A DNA stretch of 64,000 nucleotides from Balanoglossus misakiensis (lineage: Eukaryota > Animalia > Hemichordata). The translations under genes were made by a program, and so were the position numbers. Location of the stretch: assembly GCA_040954595.2 (NCBI GenBank), contig CM082577.2:19008303-19072302 (forward strand), read 5' to 3'. Within the stretch, counting starts at the first letter, position 1. Every line of letters starts with the position of its first letter. The notes beneath the pieces were generated by a model. That model was not told the DNA's origin and did not search any database. It was given only the letters and a program-made list of their open reading frames with translations. Positions 13,227 through 31,100 of the stretch are shown here, piece by piece.

Positions 13227-15369
13227 TACATGATTTGCTATAGATCCTTCACTACGCACGGCGATATACCGCAGTGCAAAATCGGTCAGTCAATAGTTAA
13301 ATCACTTCACTGGAGAACACACAATTTCCATCCTCCTGAACCAAATACCTAGAAAACCCTAGCTAAACCTTGGAATCGAATTTCCTAACAGACTATCGTT
13401 GTTTCCCGTTCCGGCAGATAATTGTTTTGCTACCGTGTAGAGCGGGTAGATGAATCCACCCACATAAGGAGTATGCCCCCGGCCCTACGTGGTTTGTGCA
13501 ACGTGCCGGATCGAACAACAACGACGTCTACCCAGTATGCAAGATGGCTACAATATGGTGCCAAAACGCATACACTCGCCTACACTAACAGAGTTACTTA
13601 CAGCAGATCTGGAAACCGATGCGTTCACCATGCAGTACAACTATCCCAACCGCTGCACACCAATGTTGTAGTTTTCTCAGCGTAGCTAGATTTCTCGTCG
13701 TGGACCCGGTAATGGTAGCGTCGCCCACGATGAAATCCTCCCGTACACTTCGACTGGACTACCAACCACCTCGACAGGGTCGGATCGCTTGGAATAGTTG
13801 TCAGTGAACACCCTCTCACATGTACATTGACTCAGCGCAACACAAGCCGGAACAATTAACAAGAACAACGGATTTATGTGTATTTCGACTGTGTTACAAA
13901 CTTTCACGTCTGCCCAGTTCGGAGGTGGAAACCCAAGAGAGCGAGAATGAGGTGAATCCTCAGCAAAAGTAGCCCGCCCCAACTATTACCCAATCAGCAC
14001 GAATGTGAAGTTCACAGTTCCAGCCTGCTTCCTGAGGCTCAAGCAGCGGTAACTTTGCAAGGTTTTCCATGACATTATTGTGATATATAGGTGAGAAATA
14101 TATTGGAAAATGTCTTCATTACAAAAATATGTCGTGAAATTATTGACTAGCAAGAACCATGTGTATATGTATGGCCAAGGGGAAATTTTTAACTTCTAGT
14201 TCTGAACATTAACGTTATTGCGCAGGCTACTGTAACCACAGTCAAATAATACATACAATTTTCTGTTGCACCAGTGCTTTGACCTTACAGTAATTAATTA
14301 CTACTACACAGGTCAGGAACACTGAGAAGGCGGCCTTAAATTATGCATTTGGTATTGGTACATTTCGGATATATCTAAATTGTACCAATTTTAGTCTAGA
14401 AATATGTATACCTTAGGTAGCTTTTGTTTTCAAACAAATGGTTCATTAGGTATACCAAAATTATGGTTCATTGGGTATACCTATTTATGGCAAAACGACC
14501 AAATCCAAGATTTTTTTTCCAACCGAATGAGGCATTTCAGGAATACCTAAATAGTACCTTTTCAATCGAAAAAGTATACTTTTGGAATACCAATTGGTAA
14601 ATTTAAAGACCAAATCTGGACTACCTAAGGTAGCCTTTTTTAAAGCAATAGGTACATTTTAAGTATACCTAAATAGTACCTATTTAGTCCGGGAAAGTAT
14701 ACCTAAGGTATATTTCTAGTGTACCAGAATTTCGTAAGGGTGTTCCTGCACACCACCCTATTGCTGCACAGTTCCTGCACAGGCCACCCTATTGCTGCAC
14801 AGTTCCTGCACACAGGCCATCTTACTACTGCACAGTTCTTGCAGACTGTCCTATTCCTGCACAGTTACCGCTTGCCTTGTTCCTGCACTAGTGCAGCAAC
14901 ACCTCATTTGCATGTGAAAAAGTCGCCTTGCAGCAGAGCTGCAGCAACTTTCTATTGCACCGGTGCTGCAACCGTGTGGTATTGCTACTGCACCAGTGCA
15001 GCAACACTGTGCAGGAGGCCTTAAATTTTCATAAGGGCTATAGGTATGCACATAATTAATGATGTTTGAATATGATACTAGAAATGTACAGTACACTGAT
15101 ACACTGATCAGCTGACCTTTTGTTTACGCATACGCCATTGCTCCGTTCTCGATCTGTCTCCGAGTCTGAATTTTTCGCACCTATAGATTTTAAAGATTTT
15201 TGAAGTCTGCAAATTCACTGGCATTGACAAAACTATAACATAATAAGTATAATGTACGCCCCATAATGTACTCGGCATTCGCCTCGCACATTATGTTGCA
15301 CAATGTGTGCTTTCGTCCATTATGGGTCTTCGGGGCGTACATTATTCTCTAACCAATGATCATTGCTCA

Positions 15370-15807
<438 letters not shown>

Positions 15808-15986
15808 CTGTTGAGGGTAAAGTAGAGAACACAAGTGATTTGGCTTACAGACTGACCAACACAGACGTGGACAAGGGTGTTATGTCCATGAAAATCATCA
15901 TAAATATGTACATTCGCAATGGCAGAATTCATGAATGTTCCTGCAAACATCTTCAAAGAGCTACCTTGACTACCCAGTGACATTAA

Positions 15987-16690
15987 CCCTTTGAACCCCG
16001 CTCGGAGGTTTACCGCCGCAGGATGACCTTTTGACCCCTAATTTTTCAATATGCTGACGTCAAGGCATTTTCCCGCCGACATTGTAAATCCAGCCATATG
16101 AAAGCAAGTTAGAAAGCTAGGGGACCCTAATGTGACCTTCCAAATGACTTGAAATCGATTCCTATGCGAGCGACTACATAAAAAATAGTGATATCCAAGC
16201 AGCGATTTTTAGCGAAAGTTGACAGAGATTTAAAAATGGCGACCCGACGACAGTTACGCATTGATCCATTGCAAGACGAGGATGCTTTCTGGGCTCATTT
16301 TGACCGAGTACTAGTAGATAGTAGCTCAGAAAGTGAAGATGAAGAACAAGACCAGCCTGACATCGTTATGGACCAAGATGGTGACCCCAACCGCGCGAAC
16401 GATGAAGAAGAATTTGAGCCAGAGCCCGCGATCCAGCCACCCCCACCAGTTCGGCAACGAGTGAGAAGACTGCCCCGTGCCCGCGAAGTAAACCCACCAC
16501 CTATGATATGGCAGGGCAACATAATAAACGGTAGGCAGGCTCCTATTTATAATCAACGACGTGGACCGACGAGACAAATGCCAGCTGACAGTACACCATT
16601 AGATTATTTTCGGACATAAAGTCATCGTCATCGTCGTGTCGTGTCACAATCATTATTTTGGACATATGCTTACTGTGTGATGAAAGGTGA
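15987..16690 (+). mobile_element. piggyBac 5' end with truncated transposase ORF (ATG 16236-16619), repeated in every array unit
   Basis: TTAA|CCCTTT terminus. Acidic N-terminus SSSESEDEE followed by W...GP...TPLDYF, the typical lead-in to the piggyBac DDE_Tnp_1_7 domain, which is then deleted. Confidence 0.85.
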
Positions 16691-16790
16691 GAAAGGTATT
16701 CGCCTCGCACATTATGTTGCACAATGTGTGCTTTCGTCCATTATGGGTCTTCGGGGCGTACATTATTCTCTAACCAATGATCATTGCTCA

Positions 16791-17269
<479 letters not shown>

Positions 17270-17696
17270 CTGTTGAGGGTAAAGTAGAGAACACAAGTGA
17301 TTTGGCTTACAGACTGACCAACACAGACGTGGACAAGGGTGTTATGTCCATGAAAATCTACCTAAATATGTACATTCGCAATGGCAGAATTCATGAATGT
17401 TCCTGCAAACATCTTCAAAGAGCTACCTTGACTACCCAGTGACATTAACCCTTTGAACCCCGCTCGGAGGTTTACCGCCGCAGGATGACCTTTTGACCCC
17501 TAATTTTTCAATATGCTGACGTCAAGGCATTTTCCCGCCGACATTGTAAATCCAGCCATATGAAAGCAAGTTAGAAAGCTAGGGGACCCTAATGTGACCT
17601 TCCAAATGACTTGAAATCGATTCCTATGCGAGCGACTACATAAAAAATAGTGATATCCAAGCAGCGATTTTTAGCGAAAGTGACAGAGATTTAAAA

Positions 17697-18080
17697 ATGG
17701 CGACCCGACGACAGTTACGCATTGATCCATTGCAAGACGAGGATGCTTTCTGGGCTCATTTTGACCGAGTACAAGTAGATAGTAGCTCAGAAAGTGAAGA
17801 TGAAGAACAAGACCAGCCTGACATCGTTATGGACCAAGATGGTGACCCCAACCGCACGAACGATGAAGAAGAATTTGAGCCAGAGCCCGCGATCCAGCCA
17901 CCCCCACCAGTTCGGCAACGAGTGAGAAGACTGCCCCGTGCCCGCGAAGTAAACCCACCACCTATGATATGGCAGGGCAACATAATAAACGGTAGGCAGG
18001 CTCCTATTTATAATCAACGACGTGGACCGACGAGACAAATGCCAGCTGACAGTACACCATTAGATTATTTTCGGACATAA
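17697..18080 (+). pseudogene. piggyBac transposase N-terminal fragment, unit 2
   Basis: 127-aa MATRRQL...TPLDYFRT. Confidence 0.8.
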
Positions 18081-18251
18081 AGTCATCGTCATCGTCGTGT
18101 CGTGTCACAATCATTATTTTGGACATATGCTTACTGTGTGATGAAAGGTGAGAAAGGTATTCGCCTCGCACATTATGTTGCACAATGTGTGCTTTCGTCC
18201 ATTATGGGTCTTCGGGGCGTACGTTATTCTCTAACCAATGATCATTGCTCA

Positions 18252-18730
<479 letters not shown>

Positions 18731-19157
18731 CTGTTGAGGGTAAAGTAGAGAACACAAGTGATTTGGCTTACAGACTGACCAACACAGACGTGGACAAGGG
18801 TGTTATGTCCATGAAAATCTACCTAAATATGTACATTCGCAATGGCAGAATTCATGAATGTTCCTGCAAACATCTTCAAAGAGCTACCTTGACTACCCAG
18901 TGACATTAACCCTTTGAACCCCGCTCGGAGGTTTACCGCCGCAGGATGACCTTTTGACCCCTAATTTTTCAATATGCTGACGTCAAGGCATTTTCCCGCC
19001 GACATTGTAAATCCAGCCATATGAAAGCAAGTTAGAAAGCTAGGGGACCCTAATGTGACCTTCCAAATGACTTGAAATCGATTCCTATGCGAGCGACTAC
19101 ATAAAAAATAGTGATATCCAAGCAGCGATTTTTAGCGAAAGTGACAGAGATTTAAAA

Positions 19158-19541
19158 ATGGCGACCCGACGACAGTTACGCATTGATCCATTGCAAGACG
19201 AGGATGCTTTCTGGGCTCATTTTGACCGAGTACAAGTAGATAGTAGCTCAGAAAGTGAAGATGAAGAACAAGACCAGCCTGACATCGTTATGGACCAAGA
19301 TGGTGATCCCAACCGCACGAACGATGAAGAAGAATTTGAGCCAGAGCCCGCGATCCAGCCACCCCCACCAGTTCGGCAACGAGTGAGAAGACTGCCCCGT
19401 GCCCGCGAAGTAAACCCACCACCTATGATATGGCAGGGCAACATAATAAACGGTAGGCAGGCTCCTATTTATAATCAACGACGTGGACCGACGAGACAAA
19501 TGCCAGCTGACAGTACACCATTAGATTATTTTCGGACATAA
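19158..19541 (+). pseudogene. piggyBac transposase N-terminal fragment, unit 3
   Basis: As unit 2. Confidence 0.8.
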
Positions 19542-19712
19542 AGTCATCGTCATCGTCGTGTCGTGTCACAATCATTATTTTGGACATATGCTTACTGTGT
19601 GATGAAAGGTGAGAAAGGTATTCGCCTCGCACATTATGTTGCACAATGTGTGCTTTCGTCCATTATGGGTCTTCGGGGCGTACGTTATTCTCTAACCAAT
19701 GATCATTGCTCA

Positions 19713-20191
<479 letters not shown>

Positions 20192-20619
20192 CTGTTGAGG
20201 GTAAAGTAGAGAACACAAGTGATTTGGCTTACAGACTGACCAACAAAGACGTGGACAAGGGTGTTATGTCCATGAAAATCTACCTAAATATGTACATTCG
20301 CAATGGCAGAATTCATGAATGTTCCTGCAAACATCTTCAAAGAGCTACCTTGACTACCCAGTGACATTAACCCTTTGAACCCCGCTCGGAGGTTTACCGC
20401 CGCAGGATGACCTTTTGACCCCTAATTTTTCAATATGCTGACGTCAAGGCATTTTCCCGCCGACATTATAAATCCAGCCATATGAAAGCAAGTTAGAAAG
20501 CTAGGGGACCCTAATGTGACCTTCCAAATGACTTGAAATCGATTCTTATGCGAGCGACTACATAAAAAATAGTGATATCCAAGCAGCGATTTTTAGCGAA
20601 AGTTGACAGAGATTTAAAA

Positions 20620-21003
20620 ATGGCGACCCGACGACAGTTACGCATTGATCCATTGCAAGACGAGGATGCTTTCTGGGCTCATTTTGACCGAGTACTAGTA
20701 GATAGTAGCTCAGAAAGTGAAGATGAAGAACAAGACCAGCCTGACATCGTTATGGACCAAGATGGTGAACCCAACCGCGCGAACGATGAAGAAGAATTTG
20801 AGCCAGAGCCCGCGATCCAGCCACCCCCACCAGTTCGGCAACGAGTGAGAAGACTGCCCCGTGCCCGCGAAGTAAACCCACCACCTATGATATGGCAGGG
20901 CAACATAATAAACGGTAGGCAGGCTCCTATTTATAATCAACGACGTGGACCGACGAGACAAATGCCAGCTGACAGTACACCATTAGATTATTTTCGGACA
21001 TAA
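20620..21003 (+). pseudogene. piggyBac transposase N-terminal fragment, unit 4
   Basis: As unit 2. Confidence 0.8.
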
Positions 21004-21174
21004 AGTCATCGTCATCGTCGTGTCGTGTCACAATCATTATTTTGGACATATGCTTACTGTGTGATGAAAGGTGAGAAAGGTATTCGCCTCGCACATTATG
21101 TTGCACAATGTGTGCTTTCGTCCATTATGGGTCTTCGGGGCGTACGTTATTCTCTAACCAATGATCATTGCTCA

Positions 21175-21653
<479 letters not shown>

Positions 21654-22081
21654 CTGTTGAGGGTAAAGTAGAGAACACAAGTGATTTGGCTTACAGACTG
21701 ACCAACAAAGACGTGGACAAGGGTGTTATGTCCATGAAAATCTACCTAAATATGTACATTCGCAATGGCAGAATTCATGAATGTTCCTGCAAACATCTTC
21801 AAAGAGCTACCTTGACTACCCAGTGACATTAACCCTTTGAACCCCGCTCGGAGGTTTACCGCCGCAGGATGACCTTTTGACCCCTAATTTTTCAATATGC
21901 TGACGTCAAGGCATTTTCCCGCCGACATTATAAATCCAGCCATATGAAAGCAAGTTAGAAAGCTAGGGGACCCTAATGTGACCTTCCAAATGACTTGAAA
22001 TCGATTCTTATGCGAGCGACTACATAAAAAATAGTGATATCCAAGCAGCGATTTTTAGCGAAAGTTGACAGAGATTTAAAA

Positions 22082-22444
22082 ATGGCGACCCGACGACAGT
22101 TACGCATTGATCCATTGCAAGACGAGGATGCTTTCTGGGCTCATTTTGACCGAGTACTAGTAGATAGTAGCTCAGAAAGTGAAGATGAAGAACAAGACCA
22201 GCCTGACATCGTTATGGACCAAGATGGTGAACCCAACCGCGCGAACGATGAAGAAGAATTTGAGCCAGAGCCCGCGATCCAGCCACCCCCACCAGTTCGG
22301 CAACGAGTGAGAAGACTGCCCCGTGCCCGCGAAGTAAACCCACCACCTATGATATGGCAGGGCAACATAATAAACGGTAGGCAGGCTCCTATAATCAACG
22401 ACGTGGACCGACGAGACAAATGCCAGCTGACAGTACACCATTAG
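22082..22444 (+). pseudogene. piggyBac transposase N-terminal fragment, unit 5 (4-bp deletion)
   Basis: Frameshift after QAPI. Confidence 0.8.
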
Positions 22445-22632
22445 ATTATTTTCGGACATAAAGTCATCGTCATCGTCGTGTCGTGTCACAATCATTATTT
22501 TGGACATATGCTTACTGTGTGATGAAAGGTGAGAAAGGTATTCGCCTCGCACATTATGTTGCACAATGTGTGCTTTCGTCCATTATGGGTCTTCGGGGCG
22601 TACATTATTCTCTAACCAATGATCATTGCTCA

Positions 22633-23111
<479 letters not shown>

Positions 23112-23516
23112 CTGTTGAGGGTAAAGTAGAGAACACAAGTGATTTGGCTTACAGACTGACCAACACAGACGTGGACAAGGGTGTTATGTCCATGAAAATC
23201 TACCTAAATATGTACATTCGCAATGGCAGAATTCATGAATGTTCCTGCAAACATCTTCAAAGAGCTACCTTGACTACCCCGCTCGGAGGTTTACCGCCGC
23301 AGGATGACCTTTTGACCCCTAATTTTTCAATATGCTGACGTCAAGGCATTTTCCCGCCGACATTGTAAATCCAGCCATATGAAAGCAAGTTAGAAAGCTA
23401 GGGGACCCTAATGTGACCTTCCAAATGACTTGAAATCGATTCCTATGCGAGCGACTACATAAAAAATAGTGATATCCAAGCAGCGATTTTTAGCAAAAGT
23501 TGACAGAGATTTAAAA

Positions 23517-23900
23517 ATGGCGACCCGACGACAGTTACGCATTGATCCATTGCAAGACGAGGATGCTTTCTGGGCTCATTTTGACCGAGTACAAGTAGAT
23601 AGTAGCTCAGAAAGTGAAGATGAAGAACAAGACCAGCCTGACATCGTTATGGACCAAGATGGTGACCCCAACCGCGCGAACGATGAAGAAGAATTTGAGC
23701 CAGAGCCCGCGATCCAGCCACCCCCACCAGTTCGGCAACGAGTGAGAAGACTGCCCCGTGCCCGCGAAGTAAACCCACCACCTATGATATGGCAGGGCAA
23801 CATAATAAACGGTAGGCAGGCTCCTATTTATAATCAACGACGTGGACCGACGAGACAAATGCCAGCTGACAGTACACCATTAGATTATTTTCGGACATAA
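23517..23900 (+). pseudogene. piggyBac transposase N-terminal fragment, unit 6 (TTAA and TIR tip deleted)
   Basis: 23-bp deletion between ACCC microhomologies near 23278. Confidence 0.8.
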
Positions 23901-24071
23901 AGTCATCGTCATCGTCGTGTCGTGTCACAATCATTATTTTGGACATATGCTTACTGTGTGATGAAAGGTGAGAAAGGTATTCGCCTCGCACATTATGTTG
24001 CACAATGTGTGCTTTCGTCCATTATGGGTCTTCGGGGCGTACGTTATTCTCTAACCAATGATCATTGCTCA

Positions 24072-24550
<479 letters not shown>

Positions 24551-24729
24551 CTGTTGAGGGTAAAGTAGAGAACACAAGTGATTTGGCTTACAGACTGACC
24601 AACAAAGACGTGGACAAGGGTGTTATGTCCATGAAAATCTACCTAAATATGTACATTCGCAATGGCAGAATTCATGAATGTTCCTGCAAACATCTTCAAA
24701 GAGCTACCTTGACTACCCAGTGACATTAA

Positions 24730-26000
24730 CCCTTTGAACCCCGCTCGGAGGTTTACCGCCGCAGGATGACCTTTTGACCCCTAATTTTTCAATATGCTGA
24801 CGTCAAGGCATTTTCCCGCCGACATTATAAATCCAGCCATATGAAAGCAAGTTAGAAAGCTAGGGGACCCTAATGTGACCTTCCAAATGACTTGAAATCG
24901 ATTCTTATGCGAGCGACTACATAAAAAATAGTGATATCCAAGCAGCGATTTTTAGCGAAAGTTGACAGAGATTTAAAAATGGCGACCCGACGACAGTTAC
25001 GCATTGATCCATTGCAAGACGAGGATGCTTTCTGGGCTCATTTTGACCGAGTACTAGTAGATAGTAGCTCAGAAAGTGAAGATGAAGAACAAGACCAGCC
25101 TGACATCGTTATGGACCAAGATGGTGAACCCAACCGCGCGAACGATGAAGAAGAATTTGAGCCAGAGCCCGCGATCCAGCCACCCCCACCAGTTCGGCAA
25201 CGAGTGAGAAGACTGCCCCGTGCCCGCGAAGTAAACCCACCACCTATGATATGGCAGGGCAACATAATAAACGGTAGGCAGGCTCCTATAATCAACGACG
25301 TGGACCGACGAGACAAATGCCAGCTGACAGTACACCATTAGATTATTTTCGGACATAAAGTCATCGTCATCGTCGTGTCGTGTCACAATCATTATTTTGG
25401 ACATATGCTTACTGTGTGATGAAAGGTGAGAGCGCAGTCAAAAGGTCGGGCTGAATAATACAGAGACTCTGAAAATATTGTACCTTATTCATATCAAACA
25501 CGTTGATGGATATTTTGACAATTGTGACATGTGAACATTTACAAAAAAATGAAATAAATTTGCTTCAAACTCATTGGCAAAACAAGGACATGGAGTTGCT
25601 GTATATTTGTTATTATTGTGATATATAGGTGAGAAATATATTGGAAAATGTCTTCATTACAAAAATATGTCGTGAAATTATCGACTAGCAAGAACCATGT
25701 GTATATGTATGGCCAAGGGGAAATTTTTAACTTCTAGTTCTGAACATTAACGTTATTGCACAGGCTACTGTAACCACATTCAAATAATACATACAATTTT
25801 CTGTTGCACCAGTGCTTTGACCTTACAGTAATTAATTACTACTACACAGGTCAGGAACACTGAGCAGGCGGCCTTAAATTATGCATTTACATTTGAGGAT
25901 TTTTTGACCATTTGTTATGATGTAACTTTCAATATTTCTTGTTGTAGTATGAAATTTTCAATGTCAAAAAGTGATCAGACAACACCTATAGCTAAAAATC
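24730..26000 (+). mobile_element. Longest piggyBac derivative copy (internally deleted; ORF 24979-25341; 3' TIR not found)
   Basis: The last unit reads through the array junction (GGTGAGAGCGCAG) into an AT-rich 3' region also found, in deleted form, at 4833-5108 and 14074-14349. The right boundary is approximate. Confidence 0.65.
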
Positions 26001-26317
26001 TATTTGGTATTGGTACATTTCGGATATATCTACATTGTACCAATTTTAGTCTAGAAATATGTATACCTTAGGTAGCTTTTGTTTTCAAACAAATGGTTCA
26101 TTAGGTATACCTAAATTATGGTTCATTTGGTATACCTATTTATGGCAAAACGACCAAATCCAAGATTTTTTTTCCAACCGAATGAGGCATTTCAGGAATA
26201 CCTAATAGTACCTTTTCAATCGAAAAAGTATACTTTTGGTATACCAATTAGTAAATTTAAAGACCAAATCTGGACTACCTAAGGTAGCCCTTTTTTAAAG
26301 CAATAGGTACATTTTAA

Positions 26318-27617
26318 AGAGTTTATTACACCTATCAAAAAATATTTTTCATTGTTTGACTGTAAACTAAAATTGCATTCATGATTTGAATTCTGGTGTC
26401 GTTTTTTTTTTATTCTCGTCGATGAATAAATGTTATCCTAATAAATGTTCACTCCTTCAAAAAACTCTCTGTCTGAACGGTCCCGTTACGTGTGACGTCA
26501 TTGGGGGCTCTCCTTCGCTTTTAGTCTACAATTCATCGCATCGAGAGGCGTACATGTCGTATACTTGACTTTTATGGCGTCAACGGTAAACACGGTCAGT
26601 GACGAGGCATTTTGTTGGGAGAGTATAAGATTCAGACAGTAGCGATGGAGAGTTTTGGGCTCTTCGTCGCTGCTTTCAAGGAAATTCCTGTCACAGCCGT
26701 ATAGATTTGAACCAGCAAGGCGTGAGGTGAGGTCTCTCCTCAACCTGTTCGGGCTGGTGGGGAATCCGTCGATGTACCGAGCGAAGAAATGCCTGCAAGC
26801 GCGGGTCGAGATTCGCCAGAGTCTTCTCGAGTGGGAAATATAGATTGGTGAATAAGCATCATTTTCTGTTTGTTTGTTTTTATTTTACAATAAATATTCA
26901 GGGAGTGGTTCAGTGAAACTCAAATATTCTCGTAGCCGATCTGCCTCCCCGATACGGAGGTCTGCGCTCGTCTGATCACCGATATATACACTAAGAACCC
27001 GGTGCGCGGCACTACGCCATGCCGACACGGTCCGTACTAAAACATCATTGCTGACATCTCAGTTGTGAAAAAAACGTAATGGGACGACAAATTTCATACA
27101 TAAATATCACAGATAAACTCCCTGTTCACAAGCGACCGGTTACCCAAAACTGGCATAACACCGGTACAGTTCCATTCATCATTACCTTTACGGTGATGTA
27201 GTGACCTTTGGGCCGTTTTGTACGAAGCGCTCCCATTTTTCTCTCAGTCCTTTGCTTTTCGGAAATCTATGTACACTATGTACACTACGGATAGTGTTTT
27301 TACAGCCCCCGACGACGCATCGTTTGATAATAATGATGGAAACGCGGGACTCTCGCTTTGGGCTAAGCTGTGCAACGATATCACTGTTTACATACTGGCA
27401 ACGACTTCCCCCAATGACGTCATGTCACGTGGTCTATACGCGGCAAATACGAATTGAGATTTTTTCTGAGGGACATGAATTTCGACGATTTTATTAATGA
27501 ATCATTAATTATAGAAAACCACAGCCAAAATATAATGTCTTGATTTGGATAAAATGGTTATTTTACTAAATGAATCTTTTACACTCAAATGAAATAAAAA
27601 TAGGTGTAATAATTCCT
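26318..27617. mobile_element. TTAA-flanked 1.3-kb non-autonomous element (Kolobok-type)
   Basis: TTAA|AGAGTTTATTACACCTA ... TAGGTGTAATAATTCCT|TTAA. The empty site GGTACATTTTAAGTATACC is present near 5411, 7814 and 14651. Confidence 0.88.
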
Positions 27618-28146
27618 TTAAGTATACCTAAATAGTACCTATTTAGTCCGGGAAAGTATACCTAAGGTATATTTCTAGTGTACCAGAATTTCGTAAGGGT
27701 GTTCCTGCACACCACCCTATTGCTGCACAGTTCCTGCACAGGCCACCCTATTGCTGCACAGTTTCTGCACACAGGCCATCTTACTACTGCACAGTTCTTG
27801 CAGACTGTCCTATTCCTGCACAGTTACCGCTTGCCTTGTTCCTGCACTAGTGCAGCAACACCTCATTTGCATGCGAAAAAGTCGCCTTGCAGCAGAGCTG
27901 CAGCAACTTTCTATTGCACCGGTGCTGCAACCTTGTGGTATTGCTACTGCACCAGTGCAGCAACACTGTGCAGGAGGCCTTAAATTTTCATAAGGGCTAT
28001 AGGTATGCACATAATTAATGATGTTTGAATATGATACTAGAAATGTACAGTACACTGATACACTGATCAGCTGACCTTTTGTTTACGCATACGCCATTGC
28101 TCCGTTCTCGATCTGTCTCCAAGTCTGAATTTTTCGCACCTATAGA

Positions 28147-31100
28147 TAGGGAGTTCAATGGAAAATATAATTCATTTTAGCTTCATTGCAGTATATACAT
28201 TTTGAAGTATAATGTGAGAGAAACAAAACAAAACAAAAATTTTCAAAATCCGTCAAGTAGTTTTTGAATTACGTCAATTTAAATGTTGCGAAAAAGGGGC
28301 CTTTTTGTGAAATTTTGCCGAAAAATGGGAAAAAACTGCATAATCATCATTTTTAGAGATGCCAAATTTCAAAGATATTTATTAAAAATCCATTTTTTGG
28401 TTAAATCTACTAGAAAGTTTATTTTCTTCAAATTTTTGCAATGTTACATGTTCAATTGTGACATCACATTTTAGAAATCCATCTTCAAAGTTCAAAAATA
28501 TTTCATTTTTTACACGCACGGCTCCATGGGAAAATTACAAAATTTGTCGATTTCAAAAGTTTGTATATCTCCAAAACTATGTACATAATCCTGATGAAAT
28601 TTTCTGTGAAAACTGACATGTACCTGTACTCTTAGTTTGTTAAATCATAGACCTATAAGCACTTGTAGTATTACATTTAATCCAGCTTGAAAATCACAAA
28701 AATCTCTTTAGTCAGATACGCACGGCACTATGGGAAAATTACAAAATTTGTCGATTTCAAAAGTTTGTACCTCCAAAACTATGCACATAATCATGATGAA
28801 ATTTTCTGTGAAAACTGACATGTACCTGTACTCTTAGTTTGTTAAATCATAGATCTATAAGCACTTGTAGTATTACATTTAATCCAGCTTGAAAATCACA
28901 AAAAATCACTTCGACTGATTATGCTATGGGTGCTAGATAAGGTTGTTTAATCTCAAGGTTTTGTCAAATTCTCACGGCTATTCAAAATCTTTGTGACAAA
29001 TATTGCTGAAAGTTGGTAAGCATTTAAATATAATATGAGATGTATTAATTCCACTATTAATTTGGCATGAGAATGAGTTATTGATAAATACATGCAGAAA
29101 AAACATTAACATATATACTGTATTGTACTGAACTAGTGTGATCCTTTTCCGGATTGTGTATATTATAATTGTGTTCAGTACAATATTCTTTACTATCAAT
29201 CACGTGATCTGGCAATGTGTCACATGGCGCAGTCATTTCCAGATGACGGGCAAGCAATATTTCGGCATCCAGTAAAAGTTTTTCCAAGTATGTTTTTACT
29301 TTAGAACCGCCAAACACATAACATGTATCGGGTATGTTGCCTCATCAGCCTCATTGCATTTCGTCTGCACAGTCTTTGTCTGCACCACGTAAGTCCACGT
29401 TGCTGAAGTTGCCCGTCATCTGGAAATCAGAACGCGAACGTAACTGCCACCTGAACGCGTCTGACGTCATTTGATAGCGAAGAATAGTACATTGTATTAT
29501 TCTTAGCGGCTCAAAAATACTGATGTTTAAACTGTTTGTACATGTTCTCTACTTCAGTTACATCTTTGACTGACCAGGCACGAAGCAAGGAGTCTTTTGG
29601 TTCTATGTCAATTTCTCTTAAGATAAATTTTGAGTCAATATTCGAAACATCTGCTCGTGTTGGCCATTTAAATGAATTTGTACCTGTTCGAGACAGAAAG
29701 GTTGTTGTGACATTTTGACTTCCATCAGGATTTAAGTTAATATCTTTGATTTCACCTGCAAACCAACAATTTTCATAAGCTACAGCAATGTACATTCCAG
29801 CTTGTAATTGTCTCTGTACACCAAATTTCTGTACTTTCCTTTTTCTTGTTCTTTTTGATGTCTTTTTCTTGTTAAGTGCCTGTTCAGTCTCCACTTTCTT
29901 TTTTCTTAAAGTATCATTTATCTCTTTGACGAAGTCTGGTAATTCACTGTTGTTTGCATGCATTATAGTTTTTAAGTTTTCTGTCAGTTGCTTAACAGTG
30001 AGTTTTCGTCCACTGTCTTGCCACTTAGACAGCTTTTTATTTGGTAGACTATCTTTAAGGAGGGTTACCCTGTACATAATTTGGTCTTTAAAGGCCTTTG
30101 TTTGTTTGCTTAGTTTCATTTCTTGCAGCTTCCTATCTACCTCAGGCTCATCTTCCCAAACCCCCCACTTATGTACAATTCTCTGCTCTAACTGGTGTCT
30201 TTTCTGCTGTTTTCTCTGTTTCTGCTTTTGTTTTTTTTCCATTCTTGATTTCTGTAATTCAAGTCTCTTCTTAATAAGATCTTTACTGTGCATGTATTCT
30301 CTTTTTTTTCTTTTTGGTGCTTGCTTACGAGCTATCCGTAAATATTTCATTTTGATATGTTGTGGCAGCTTATGAAGATAAGCAGAAGTTTTATTTCTGC
30401 TGAAACAAATGACACCAGCCTTGGCTACTCTACTCTTTTGTGGTGCATGTCTAATCTGTCTGTCAAGGTCAGAGAAATCACTTTCTGATCGTATATTTGT
30501 CAGTGGTGCACTTTGAACCTGCTCGCACAGAATCTCAGATGGTTGACTCTCTAGCCCACCAGGGAGTTGGTTACCAAGCTGCCTTTCAATAACAGGCATT
30601 GACTTGCAAAATGTTTGCAATGCATCCAATGTTAGCAAATCAAAATGCGTGTCTCGTTCTGTTGGAAACGGACTGGAATACAATTCATCTTTAGTGATGG
30701 TTGTGTCTGACAAGTAGAAGGTTTCATTCAGTAGGGGTGTTGCATCTGATGAATTATCAGCTAGGCAAGTTTTCAATTCTAACCAATGGACATTCATGTC
30801 ATAATAATGTATATCCTTTCTTTCTAACAGGCGCATTAGAGGACCAGTGATTAGTTTAGATATTATTCCAAGAGCTCTACATTCGGCCATCACAATGGAC
30901 ACATCCAAAATTGCTTGAACATGACATATCAACTTCAAGAAGTCAGAAATATGGTGTCTGTGATGATACACAGCAGCACCTTGATGAAAAGCAACATTGA
31001 ATTTATTATGTTCAAATGCTATTAAATACTGATTTTCTTTCACTTCATTCATATATGGGGCAAAATCAGTGTAAACCCCTGATTTTTGACAACCAGAGTC